Assembly: GCA_031402655.1 (NCBI GenBank)
Contig: JANNSO010000139.1
Coordinates: 3,120-67,119, forward strand
Source: Spirochaetota bacterium
Lineage (GTDB): Bacteria; Spirochaetota; Spirochaetia; Treponematales; UBA12059
Length of the DNA stretch: 64,000 bases
Direction: 5' to 3'
Of this stretch, positions 47,370 through 56,486 are shown in pieces (position 1 is the stretch's first letter; the number at the start of each line of letters is the position of its first letter). Below the pieces are notes generated by a model. That model did no database searches, was not told the origin of the DNA, and was given only the letters and a program-made list of their open reading frames with translations. The translations under genes were made by a program, and so were the position numbers.

Positions 47370-48776
47370 TTAGTTCCCTCGCCTGAGCTCGGCCAGGCGC
47401 CGGGACAGGTTATTGGGAAGCAGGTTCAATTTTTCCGCCGCGCGGGCAAGAGACCCGCCAGCCATCTGTATCTGTCGTTCCAAATACAGGAGTTCGAAGC
47501 GGCGCTTCGCCTCGCGCAGAGGCATCGCATCGTAGCAGGGATCAGCCCGGGCGGGAATTCCTGAAGACGCGTCTCCTCTTGGAGACGCGTCTCCAAGAGG
47601 AGACGAAGATTCCTGAGCCGACCAGCCTGCGTTTTCCATGCCGGAAAGAAAGCTCGCGCTGATCGATGCCTCGCCCGAAAGGGCCGCTGCGCGCTCCACC
47701 AGGTTTTTCAGCTCGCGTATATTGCCCGGATAGTTCCGCTTGGCCAGATATTCCCCGGCTCCGGCATCGAAGGCCGTTTCCCGGTCTGCGCCATTCCTTT
47801 TTGCCCGCTCCAGGAAATACTGCACCAACCCGGGGATATCCTCTTTGCGTTCGGAAAGCGGAGGTACCGACAGAGGCACCTGCGCAAGCCTGTATAAAAG
47901 ATCCTCCCGAAACGTCCCCTTCGCCGCCTCCGCGCGCAAATCGCGATTGGTAGCGCAAATAAGCCGCACATTAACCGCTACGGCCGCATCGGAGCCTACC
48001 GGTCGAACCTCGCTTGTTTCAAGGACGCGCAAGAGCTTTGCCTGCAATGCTAAGGAAAGTTCACCTATTTCGTCCAGAAACAGGGTTCCGCCGCCTGCTT
48101 CCCTGAAGCAACCCAATCGTTCCCTGTCGGCACCGGTAAAAGAGCCCTTTCGGTGGCCGAAGAATTCGCTTTCCGCCAATTCCGCCGATATGGCCGCGCA
48201 ATTTATAGCCACGAACGGCTTTTCGCAGCGGGGAGAGCGAAAGTGTATCCAGCGGGCCAATGGTTCCTTCCCGCAGCCGCTGGGGCCGTGCACAAGGACG
48301 GAAAGAGCGCTTGAGGCTATCCGTTCCGCCGACGCTACAAGAACCTTCATGAGCGATCCATCGCCTACGAAAAAATTGTCGTGAAGCCAGGAATTCCTGG
48401 CTGCCCTTTGCGTGCGTTCGGCCTTGAGCCTGTTTTGCGCCATGGCAATCACCAGTTCGAGCCTATCCGCATCCAGCGGCTTTTCCAGCACGTCCAGGGC
48501 TCCTGCCCGTATGGCGCGCACGGCGGCCTGCACGTCCAAAACACCGGACACCATGACAACGGGAATTCCCTCCGCCGTATATTCGTCAAGAGTATCGAAA
48601 CCGTCCAGGGCGCCCAGCATAATGTCCAGCAGTACCAGGTCGTATTGCCCGCTAATGGTTACGGCTGGCGGTGGAGTTACAAGGGTTTCAATGGAATGGC
48701 CTTTTAGTTTCAGGTATCCCGAAAGCGAGGCCAGATAGGATTCGTCATCGTCGATCGCAAGAAGAAGCGCCATCAA
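47370..48776 (-). CDS. sigma54-dependent Fis-family response regulator (NtrC/NtrX-like)
   Basis: IDDD, LLDI, GPSGCGKE, GSFTGA, LFLDE, PGNIREL, C-terminal HTH. Confidence 0.92.
   Translation of the reverse strand: MMALLLAIDDDESYLASLSGYLKLKGHSIETLVTPPPAVTISGQYDLVLLDIMLGALDGFDTLDEYTAEGIPVVMVSGVLDVQAAVRAIRAGALDVLEKPLDADRLELVIAMAQNRLKAERTQRAARNSWLHDNFFVGDGSLMKVLVASAERIASSALSVLVHGPSGCGKEPLARWIHFRSPRCEKPFVAINCAAISAELAESEFFGHRKGSFTGADRERLGCFREAGGGTLFLDEIGELSLALQAKLLRVLETSEVRPVGSDAAVAVNVRLICATNRDLRAEAAKGTFREDLLYRLAQVPLSVPPLSERKEDIPGLVQYFLERAKRNGADRETAFDAGAGEYLAKRNYPGNIRELKNLVERAAALSGEASISASFLSGMENAGWSAQESSSPLGDASPRGDASSGIPARADPCYDAMPLREAKRRFELLYLERQIQMAGGSLARAAEKLNLLPNNLSRRLAELRRGN
47570..47605. repeat. 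perfect 36-bp palindrome inside the coding sequence
   Basis: cgtctcctcttggagacgcgtctccaagaggagacg equals its own reverse complement. Confidence 0.9.
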
Positions 48777-49981
48777 TCATGCTCCTGTTCCGTAAAACTC
48801 AGGATAAAAACGAGGCCGCCGACCCCGGAAAGCTCCATTCGAAGGCTGGCGCCGTGAAGCGCCATTATCCTGCCGACCAGCCAGACTCCGAGACCGCTGC
48901 CTTCTCGCTTCGTCGTAAACCGGTTTGTTCCGATTTTGTCCAGTATGCGCGGATCCAGACCGCTTATGCCATCGGAGTAAACGAATTCGCGGCTGCCTGG
49001 ACGCAGCTCTTCCGCAAGCCTCGCCGAAAACATCTGGCCTCGCTCGGCTGAAGCTTCCGCGCTGTTGTTAATGAGATTGATGAAAATTTCGCGCAGGTAC
49101 GATTCGTCGAAAGGCGGAAAACGGCAGTTAGCGACAAAATTAGTTTCGATGCAGTTTATTGCAATGGCAGGATTCGTAACGGCGACAATGGCCGCCGCTT
49201 CGCGAAAAATTTTTCCGTAATCCACCTGTGCCATACGCGGTTCAGAAAATCCCGAAAGCGATCGCATCCGCTTGAACAGGGCGGAAAGCCTCTGAGCCTC
49301 GCTTTCCGTCTTGTCCACGGCGTCCCGCAACGCGACGTTGCCGCTGCCTGCAGCCACTTCCGCAAGCAATTCGCGGGCCGTCCTTGCGGACATTGTAATG
49401 GACGCCAGGGGCGTTCGTGCCTGATGCGCCATAAAGGCGGCAGCTTCGCCCCAGCCCTGCAAAGCCTTGAGCTCGCTCTTCATCCGCTCCCGCCCGGAAA
49501 GGGAATCGAGCAACTCGTCCAGCTGTTTTTCCACGAGGCCGAACTCGTCGGTCTGCCCGCTGGAAAACCTCCAGGACTTGTCGGCGAAACGCAAAGCCGA
49601 TAAGCCCATCCCCAGCCTGGTCCAGCGCTTCGTAAGGACCATGGCTAGCGTGGCGGATACTATCAGCGCAACTATCGCCTCGATAAAAAGAAACCCCATG
49701 CTAAGTGCCAGAGAGCTTATTTTCCTGTCTTCCGAAAGAACCGTCCTTTTAGCTATGTCGCGACGGATGGGAATTACCGATTTGCGCAGCGCATTGGCAT
49801 CCGCCTCCCTGATATTCGAGGAGACCAGCACGGCATCGAGATCGGCTATCGCTTTTTCCGCCGCGGCCGTGGATTCATTGTCCGATCGGGAGCTGAAGGC
49901 ATATACGAAAAAACCTGCCGAGCCGAGCACGGCTACCGAAAGGAGAAAAGTGGTAATAAATATTCGCGTCCTGAATTTCAT
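48773..49981 (-). CDS. sensor histidine kinase
   Basis: 2 TM + HAMP-like region, MAHQARTPL H-box, NLINNSAEA, FTTKREGSGLG. Confidence 0.9.
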   Translation of the reverse strand: MKFRTRIFITTFLLSVAVLGSAGFFVYAFSSRSDNESTAAAEKAIADLDAVLVSSNIREADANALRKSVIPIRRDIAKRTVLSEDRKISSLALSMGFLFIEAIVALIVSATLAMVLTKRWTRLGMGLSALRFADKSWRFSSGQTDEFGLVEKQLDELLDSLSGRERMKSELKALQGWGEAAAFMAHQARTPLASITMSARTARELLAEVAAGSGNVALRDAVDKTESEAQRLSALFKRMRSLSGFSEPRMAQVDYGKIFREAAAIVAVTNPAIAINCIETNFVANCRFPPFDESYLREIFINLINNSAEASAERGQMFSARLAEELRPGSREFVYSDGISGLDPRILDKIGTNRFTTKREGSGLGVWLVGRIMALHGASLRMELSGVGGLVFILSFTEQEHD

Positions 49982-49984
49982 GCC

Positions 49985-50500
49985 TCACCTGTAGGGCAGG
50001 GAACCAGGCCCCTCGATAGCCTGGCTTGCCGTCGCCCGATGATATGCCCATAAAACCATGGGATCATAGCCTTTATCTTCCGGGAGGCTCAGCACCAGCT
50101 GAGCATCGCAGGTGCCGGGGAAAGCCAAAGCGTCCAATGCCCCCAGCCGCTGGCCGTTGAAGCGCGTAAAAAGATTCCAGGCGGCGCCGACATCGGCCGT
50201 GCGGTGGATTCCGCCTGTTTCCGATATTCGAATTTCATAGTCCATACCGGTGTAGCGGATCTCCCGCCATGTTTCCAGACGCAATGAACCCGCAAGCGCT
50301 TTTAAAGTCAGGCGCACGGTAAAAAACGAATCCACTACTTTTAATAAATCCTTGCCCGGCGAACCTTCCAGTTCCAGGGAAAGATATATTGAGGATGAAT
50401 CCCTATGCAGCCGCATCCCGACAACAGGAGCCTCCCTGGGCTGCGCTACGCCCAGAAAGACCCCTATGGCCAGCATCGCGCCCTTAAGCCAGGCGTCCAC
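49985..50500 (-). CDS. secreted hypothetical protein in the two-component operon
   Basis: Signal-like N-terminus; tightly coupled to both neighbours. Confidence 0.6.
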   Translation of the reverse strand: MDAWLKGAMLAIGVFLGVAQPREAPVVGMRLHRDSSSIYLSLELEGSPGKDLLKVVDSFFTVRLTLKALAGSLRLETWREIRYTGMDYEIRISETGGIHRTADVGAAWNLFTRFNGQRLGALDALAFPGTCDAQLVLSLPEDKGYDPMVLWAYHRATASQAIEGPGSLPYR

Positions 50501-50502
50501 GA

Positions 50503-51270
50503 TTATTTATTTTTAACGGCATATGCGCTGCTGGTAACAAGGTAGGTCTCAAGCATGCGTTCCCCCTTGGAGCTTCCGCCCAGCAGCATTACGAGACCCG
50601 ATACCATATTGGGCAAAGTCCATTGCATCGTGGAAAGAGAGTTGTTCTTGAACCCTTCCCAATCGTTGCTTACGCCGGCCAGTATCGCCTGCCCGCCAAG
50701 CACCGCGAGCGGAGTCACGACTCCGATGATGCCGCCCGTAATCCGGCTTCTTTTGGCCTCGCCTGCTATGTCCTTCATGATTCCGTAGGCAAGCGCTTCC
50801 TGGACCACAGGATCGTTTTCGGAATACAGATAGGCGTAGCGGGTAAGGTATTTATCCTTGGGCTGCCCCAGCGTAACCAGCCCTATCCCGCCCACCAGGA
50901 TGCCGAGACCCGCGGTACCAGCCGTAAACCCGCGGGCCATCATCTGCTCATTGGAATCGGTGAAACTGGAACTGGGAGCAAGAAAGGCATAGCCAGCCGC
51001 GGCGCCGCCCAAAAGCAGAATTCCACTGCCCACGGAGGTAAGTATAACGCCTGATTTTATGCGGCTTACTTCATTGCCCTTAAAATATTCATCGAGCAGG
51101 GATAGGGCAAACTGAGGATCCGCATCGGGAACGGACGCCGAACCCGCAAGAGGATTGGGTAACGGGGTTCCCGCCAAAGTAGAATCTTGCGCAAAAATAC
51201 TGCTGCCAGCATTGTTCGCGCACAAAAGCAGAATCGTCATTGCTAAACCAAAAAATCGTTTCATAGCCAT
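50503..51270 (-). CDS. membrane/secreted hypothetical protein
   Basis: Signal peptide plus Gly-rich hydrophobic hairpins. Confidence 0.7.
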   Translation of the reverse strand: MAMKRFFGLAMTILLLCANNAGSSIFAQDSTLAGTPLPNPLAGSASVPDADPQFALSLLDEYFKGNEVSRIKSGVILTSVGSGILLLGGAAAGYAFLAPSSSFTDSNEQMMARGFTAGTAGLGILVGGIGLVTLGQPKDKYLTRYAYLYSENDPVVQEALAYGIMKDIAGEAKRSRITGGIIGVVTPLAVLGGQAILAGVSNDWEGFKNNSLSTMQWTLPNMVSGLVMLLGGSSKGERMLETYLVTSSAYAVKNK

Positions 51271-51315
51271 CTCCTGTTATTTTTGCTTGCCTCAATTTTA
51301 GGGGCATCTATAACA

Positions 51316-51332
51316 TTGCAGGAACCGTGCCA
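51316..51332 (-). promoter_or_regulatory. sigma54 -24/-12 promoter
   Basis: Minus strand TGGCACGGTTCCTGCAA, one mismatch to TGGCAC-N5-TTGC. Confidence 0.75.
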
Positions 51333-51415
51333 ATCTAAAATTTCTAAATTCCTATGGAAATTCGGGTAAATCCTGGGAAATTTACGCAAAATGACGGCAA
51401 AACGCTACGATATAC

Positions 51416-51452
51416 TATCAATTATGATACCTTGATGATATCACTTTTGATA
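51416..51452. promoter_or_regulatory. tandem palindromes, candidate enhancer (UAS)
   Basis: TATCA-atta-TGATA (51416-51429) and TATCA-cttt-TGATA (51439-51452). Confidence 0.6.
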
Positions 51453-51608
51453 GCCCCAGCTGGCTTGCAAAAACCAGGCACACATTCTATGGGGAGAGCG
51501 ATATGACACGAAAACCTTTTGGACGACCCCCTCACCGACCGCTTGGAGGCATACTGCAAGGAGTGCTTTCCTACGATCTGTTCCGCGCGAGGGGGATAAT
51601 CCGTCGCT

Positions 51609-52838
51609 TCAATTCGCGGGTTTTGCCGGAGGCTCTTCCGCTGGATGGCTTTCCTTGAAATCGTAAATCTCCCGGAAAATATCCAGGGCGGCAAAAAACA
51701 GCACGAGAATCAAGGGGCCGATTATCAAGCCGTTGATGCCGAAACTGGCCACTCCTCCGATGATGGCGAAAAAAATCGGCAGGGGATGCATTTTGATCGG
51801 CCCGCCCACAAGAATCGGCCGATAGAAATTATCCAGGAGGGATATACCCGCCCCGGACAGCGCAAGCAGCAAAATACCGGCCGGCACGCTGTTCATGAAT
51901 ACGTACGAGATGCCAACGGGCATCCAGATCGCGCTGGCTCCGACTATGGGAATAAACGAGCATATCGATACGAGCACTCCCAGCAGCAAGGCGCCGTTTA
52001 CCCCAAAAATCAAAAACAGCGTAAAGGCGATGCAACCTTGAATCAGTGCCACGAGCATGTTTCCGCGGATAAGCTGGCGGGTGGTTTCCTTGAAGTGCCT
52101 GATGAATTTATCCATGTATTCGCTTCTGATGGGCACGGCCTTGATGAATATCTCCAGCAGGTAATGCCCGTCCATAAAGAAAAAATACAGGGTAAAAGTC
52201 ATGAAGGCCAGGGCCAGGACGAAGCCTCCCAGATTCTGAACGACCTTCGTGGAAATGTTGACGATCGCCGCCTGGTTAAGTTTTAAAAACTCCATGACAA
52301 CCTTCTGCAAATCCAGGCTTCCAAGATCTATGGCGCCTCCGCTCAATGAATACAGGAAGTCTCCCAAACGCGCAAGCGGAGCCAAATTGGCAACCGCCGC
52401 GATGGGTCCTTGAGGCTCCTGGGCAGCGGAGGCCAATCCAGTCTCAACCAGCACATGGGACAGCCGACCTTTAAATACATAGGGGTTGGATTTCAAGAAT
52501 TCCAGGATATCCCCGATTGCATCGCTGGATTGTTTTATCAATAGAAAAACCAGCATGGATAGGGGGACGACGATTATGAAGACGGCCGAAATGGACACCA
52601 GCCCGGCGGAAAGAGCCCGGCGCAGCGAAGCAAAGCGCTTTTTGCCGATACCGGCATTTTTTATTCCCGCAAGCCGTACGTAGACGGGATCGAGAAACCC
52701 GAACAGTATCGCCGCCCAGAGCAGCACGGTCAAGAACGGCATGAAAAGCCGCATTACAAGAACGAACAGCACAATGAAGACCGCGAAAAAAATAAGCCTC
52801 TGAATCGTGTTTTTTTCGAGAATGTCGCTGGCTTTCAT
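51609..52838 (-). CDS. AI-2E (PerM/UPF0118) family transporter
   Basis: YFFFMDG, FIPIVGA, DNFYRPIL, HPL..F..IIGG, GLIIGP. Confidence 0.9.
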   Translation of the reverse strand: MKASDILEKNTIQRLIFFAVFIVLFVLVMRLFMPFLTVLLWAAILFGFLDPVYVRLAGIKNAGIGKKRFASLRRALSAGLVSISAVFIIVVPLSMLVFLLIKQSSDAIGDILEFLKSNPYVFKGRLSHVLVETGLASAAQEPQGPIAAVANLAPLARLGDFLYSLSGGAIDLGSLDLQKVVMEFLKLNQAAIVNISTKVVQNLGGFVLALAFMTFTLYFFFMDGHYLLEIFIKAVPIRSEYMDKFIRHFKETTRQLIRGNMLVALIQGCIAFTLFLIFGVNGALLLGVLVSICSFIPIVGASAIWMPVGISYVFMNSVPAGILLLALSGAGISLLDNFYRPILVGGPIKMHPLPIFFAIIGGVASFGINGLIIGPLILVLFFAALDIFREIYDFKESHPAEEPPAKPAN

Positions 52839-52855
52839 GTCCATCTCCTGTGTTT

Positions 52856-52890
52856 GGGAGCTCTTCAAACCTGAAGTTTTTAGAGTTCCT
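52856..52890. repeat. degenerate copy of hairpin 1194-1225
   Basis: ggagctcttcaaacctgaagtttttagagttcc versus agacctctcaaaactgaagttttgagaggtct. Confidence 0.6.
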
Positions 52891-53871
52891 CTATGCGTTT
52901 TTCTTTCCCAGTGCAAGGCGACGTTTACGGAATTCCATGATAGGTTTGTCTCCGGGGAACAAATTCTCCCCGGTTCCGGTTCCGTCACCGCGAGGGATTT
53001 GAGTGTTGACGATGCGCCTGTCCTGGCGCGCGATTATCCGGCTCATGAGTAGCCCCAGCCCGTCCACGAGCCACGAGAACGGTGGCAGGAGCATAAACGA
53101 CTGATACCAGCGTAAATATAAAATAGTGTGCTCCGCATCCACCGGCACGAATGCCGCGGAGATGCGGACTTTGTCGCCGATGCGGTTTTCCCATAGATTG
53201 GGCAGGATAAACTCCAGCTTATAGTCTCTCGTAGGGTCGGGAACGGGAACCTGTTCCGGCGTCCTGGGTTTCTGGCCTTCGTCTTTCACGTTGTATACGT
53301 AGGCGAAGAACAGGTTGTCAGCCTTCCACTCCAATCCCGGGCCTTCCACAAGCGTGCGATTACCCCTTCCTATCGTAGTGCGATGAACAAACGGCAAATG
53401 GGCGACATCGAGCTGATTTTCGGCGGCGCGGGTATAATGATTATTCCAGGGATCCTGCAGGCTTGCATAATGCCTGAAATTCTTAAGGTCCTCGAAAAAC
53501 GGAGGCTCGGCAGGTTCCGGCTTGGCCTCGCCCCACCAGATAAATACCCAGCCCCAGTTTTCGTGGACCGGATAGGAAAGCATTTGAAACTCTTTTGGCA
53601 CGGGCGCATCGCGGCCATTAGCCGGTATCTTTACGCAGCGGCCGGTGGAATCATACTCAAGGCCGTGAAAGGGGCAGCGCGCGTGGCCGTCTACAATGTC
53701 GCCCAGAGCCAGGGAAGCGCCGCGATGCGCGCATTTGTCGAGAAAACAGCGGGCGGCGCCTGTTTCGTCCCGCCAGAAAATAAGGCGTTCCCCGAGGCGC
53801 ATGAAACCCACGGGCTTCCCCCTGGGAATCTCCCCGGATTCGAGGACGGCATACCATAAATTTTTTATCAC
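52891..53871 (-). CDS. Rieske non-heme iron oxygenase alpha subunit (VanA-like)
   Basis: CAHRG...CPFHG Rieske motif; ENQLDVAHLPFVH and QD iron ligands. Confidence 0.9.
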   Translation of the reverse strand: MIKNLWYAVLESGEIPRGKPVGFMRLGERLIFWRDETGAARCFLDKCAHRGASLALGDIVDGHARCPFHGLEYDSTGRCVKIPANGRDAPVPKEFQMLSYPVHENWGWVFIWWGEAKPEPAEPPFFEDLKNFRHYASLQDPWNNHYTRAAENQLDVAHLPFVHRTTIGRGNRTLVEGPGLEWKADNLFFAYVYNVKDEGQKPRTPEQVPVPDPTRDYKLEFILPNLWENRIGDKVRISAAFVPVDAEHTILYLRWYQSFMLLPPFSWLVDGLGLLMSRIIARQDRRIVNTQIPRGDGTGTGENLFPGDKPIMEFRKRRLALGKKNA

Positions 53872-54887
53872 CGCTTTCTCCTGAGCTTTTTCCTGCTCTG
53901 GTTGAGCCGCGACCGCTCAAGCTCGGCCGCCGCCAGCAGCGACGCCTTGCTTTTCTCGGAGCGGGATAAAAAAGCTATCAAGAGCGCGCCGGCCGCGATC
54001 ATGAGGAAGCAGAGCAGCTGGCCCATGGAGAAATTGAGCGGCGTGCTGAAAAGATGGATGGACGCGTCGGGATTCCCGAATTTAATTATATATCCGAGCG
54101 CCTCGTCCGGCTCCCTGAAATATTCCAGGATAAATCTTATAAACCCGTAACCGGCCAGAAAGGAGCCTGTCGCGAATCCATGGAACGGCGATTTTTTTCG
54201 AACCGTGAACCACAGCAGCAGTCCAAGCACGATGCCTTCGAACAGGGCTTCGTACAGCTGGGAAGGATGCCTTGGCAGATTGACGTTGCCGCCTATCGCA
54301 AGCACGCCAGTCTTGGCCATAATCTCCTGTACCCAGGGAAATTCAACCGGAAACATCTTGGCATTCGGAAATACCATGCCCCAGCGGGCTGTGGTCACCT
54401 TGCCCCAAAGTTCGCCGTTGATAAAATTGCCCAGCCGCCCGAATGTGTAACCGAAGGGTATCGAAACGGCCATCAAGTCAGTCCACTCGAGCAAATTTCG
54501 CTTGTGCCTGATGCAATACGCCATCATACCCAGGAATCCGCCTACGACGCCTCCATGGAACGACATTCCCGCAAAGCCCGAAAAACGACCGCTCGAGTCG
54601 AAGGGCCAGAAAATCAACCAGGGCTTCTGCAAATAGAAGCTGTCGTAGATCAGGGTACCGAACAGCCTTGCGCCGATGATGAGCCCCACGATCCCGAACA
54701 TAAAGAAGCTGCCGACATCGTCATCGGAAAAGCCCAGCTTTTTCCGGCGAACCTGATATCGAAACAGCAGATAGGCGATTCCAAAAGCGACAAGATACAT
54801 CAATCCGTACCAGCGCACCGGAAAATTAGGCCAGAACGGAAAAATCTGGGGTTTGAGCCAGGAAGGAAACTGGATGGCGGCTAGCAT
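53868..54887 (-). CDS. lgt: prolipoprotein diacylglyceryl transferase
   Basis: RWYGLMY, GMSFHGG, GRLGNFINGELWG, RHPSQLYE, RFILEYFREPD. Confidence 0.96.
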   Translation of the reverse strand: MLAAIQFPSWLKPQIFPFWPNFPVRWYGLMYLVAFGIAYLLFRYQVRRKKLGFSDDDVGSFFMFGIVGLIIGARLFGTLIYDSFYLQKPWLIFWPFDSSGRFSGFAGMSFHGGVVGGFLGMMAYCIRHKRNLLEWTDLMAVSIPFGYTFGRLGNFINGELWGKVTTARWGMVFPNAKMFPVEFPWVQEIMAKTGVLAIGGNVNLPRHPSQLYEALFEGIVLGLLLWFTVRKKSPFHGFATGSFLAGYGFIRFILEYFREPDEALGYIIKFGNPDASIHLFSTPLNFSMGQLLCFLMIAAGALLIAFLSRSEKSKASLLAAAELERSRLNQSRKKLRRKR

Positions 54888-54996
54888 GCCCGTCCTCCGA
54901 ACCGATTGGATTTCGCTATACAGGAGCGCTGCGTCAACTATATACGTTGAGCGAGCAAGGAGCAAGCTGGACAAGACGGCCACTTTGAAGTTTTGC

Positions 54997-55025
54997 TTGA
55001 CAGCTCCAAAGCCTGCCACTAAACT
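54997..55025 (+). promoter_or_regulatory. sigma70-type promoter of the lipid operon
   Basis: TTGACA-17 bp-TAAACT. Confidence 0.6.
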
Positions 55026-55049
55026 TTCAGCCAGCCAGAGGAGCAATGG

Positions 55050-56486
55050 ATGGGAAACCGGCCGCTTGATTTTAATCCCATCACCAAAGCCCGGTTACGC
55101 CCCATGCTTATAAAATCCAGGCCAATTCTATGTGCTATTTTTTTCTTCAGGCTGCTCTCGGGCTTTTACCTTCGACTGACGCTACATTGCACTGCCATCC
55201 GGATTTCTAACCCGCACAAAATGCTGGCCGCGTGGCGGGATTTCCAGGAAGGGCGTACGCGCCTGATCCTGGCGTTTCGGCATCCTTACAGCGCCGAGCC
55301 GCAAATTTTATTCCATGCCTTTAGCAAAACGCTTACCTGCGAAGCCCGAAAGGCGGGAAAGAAATTGCCCAGGGTACCGCATGCGCGCTTCGTCCACGGC
55401 TATGAAGTTGCCCTCTGGGGAGACGCAATCATCCGCTGGGTCCTGCCGCGAATCGGGGCGGTTCCCGTTTATCACACAAAACTGGATTCCAAAGGCCTAA
55501 AAGCGATACGATCCATAATCAGCGAAGGCCTTTACCCGCTGGCCATCGCGCCAGAAGGCCAGGTTTCCTACCGCAGCGAAACCGTACCCCGCCTGGAACA
55601 AGGCACGCTGCAAATGGGATTCTGGGGCGTCCAGGATATCGAAAACGCCGGGAGGACGGAGAAAGTTATTATTCTTCCGCTTTCCATCCATTATAAATAT
55701 GACCCGCGCGACCATAAAAAACTGTTGCCGCTGCTCGGCAGCCTGGAGCTCCGTTGCGGCATTGACCCGGTCGCAGCCCGCAAACTCGAGCTGCGCGAAC
55801 GTCTGGCTGCTATTGAAAACCGCGCGTTCGAGCTGGCCGAAGGCCATTATGCGGCAGCCTATGCCTATAAGCGTCCAGACTTCGCGGATCAATACGCCGA
55901 TGAAAAAACAATTACCGCGTTCCGGCGGGACTCCTTGCTTAATGCCGCCCTGGAAATCGCGGAACGAGCCCTTGGTTTCCCGGCCGGGCAATCCTCCGCC
56001 GCTGAAGCCCATGCGCCCCGCAGCGACTTGATAAGCCGCGTCTACAAAATTAGGGCGGAATGCTGGGACCGCATCTATCCGGAAAAGGCCCAAAAAGGAT
56101 TAAGCAAACTGGAAACGGCGCTGTCCGATCGGCGCGCAGGCGAAGCATGGTACGCGATGCGGCACATGGAATTCGCGGACATTGCGTTCTATCTTGATCC
56201 GGAATACCTCGACGGTCCGGACCGCACAGGGCCTTCCCTGAACAGGATCGCGGAATGCGCCAACAATCTCGCGGACCTGATGAACCGGCTTGCGGGAGGG
56301 ACGATAGCCGACCGCAGGGACTCCCTGCGAAAAATAGCCATAATCGTTCCCGGAGTGCCCCTGGATATGAGCTCGCGATGGGGTGACTACAGGGAAAACC
56401 GGAAAAAAGCGGTGCTTACCGCCACGGCTGACCTTAAAACCAGCTTTGAAAACTGCATCAAGGAGTATCTCGATGAAATCAGCTAA
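55050..56486 (+). CDS. PlsC-superfamily (lyso)phospholipid acyltransferase-like protein
   Basis: FRHPYSAEP (HX4E variant), LAIAPEG, ILPLSIHY. Confidence 0.78.
   Translation: MGNRPLDFNPITKARLRPMLIKSRPILCAIFFFRLLSGFYLRLTLHCTAIRISNPHKMLAAWRDFQEGRTRLILAFRHPYSAEPQILFHAFSKTLTCEARKAGKKLPRVPHARFVHGYEVALWGDAIIRWVLPRIGAVPVYHTKLDSKGLKAIRSIISEGLYPLAIAPEGQVSYRSETVPRLEQGTLQMGFWGVQDIENAGRTEKVIILPLSIHYKYDPRDHKKLLPLLGSLELRCGIDPVAARKLELRERLAAIENRAFELAEGHYAAAYAYKRPDFADQYADEKTITAFRRDSLLNAALEIAERALGFPAGQSSAAEAHAPRSDLISRVYKIRAECWDRIYPEKAQKGLSKLETALSDRRAGEAWYAMRHMEFADIAFYLDPEYLDGPDRTGPSLNRIAECANNLADLMNRLAGGTIADRRDSLRKIAIIVPGVPLDMSSRWGDYRENRKKAVLTATADLKTSFENCIKEYLDEIS

Noticed and set aside
51422-51694. 90-aa ORF
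   Set aside because: Overlaps the AI-2E gene end and the regulatory palindromes; no motif
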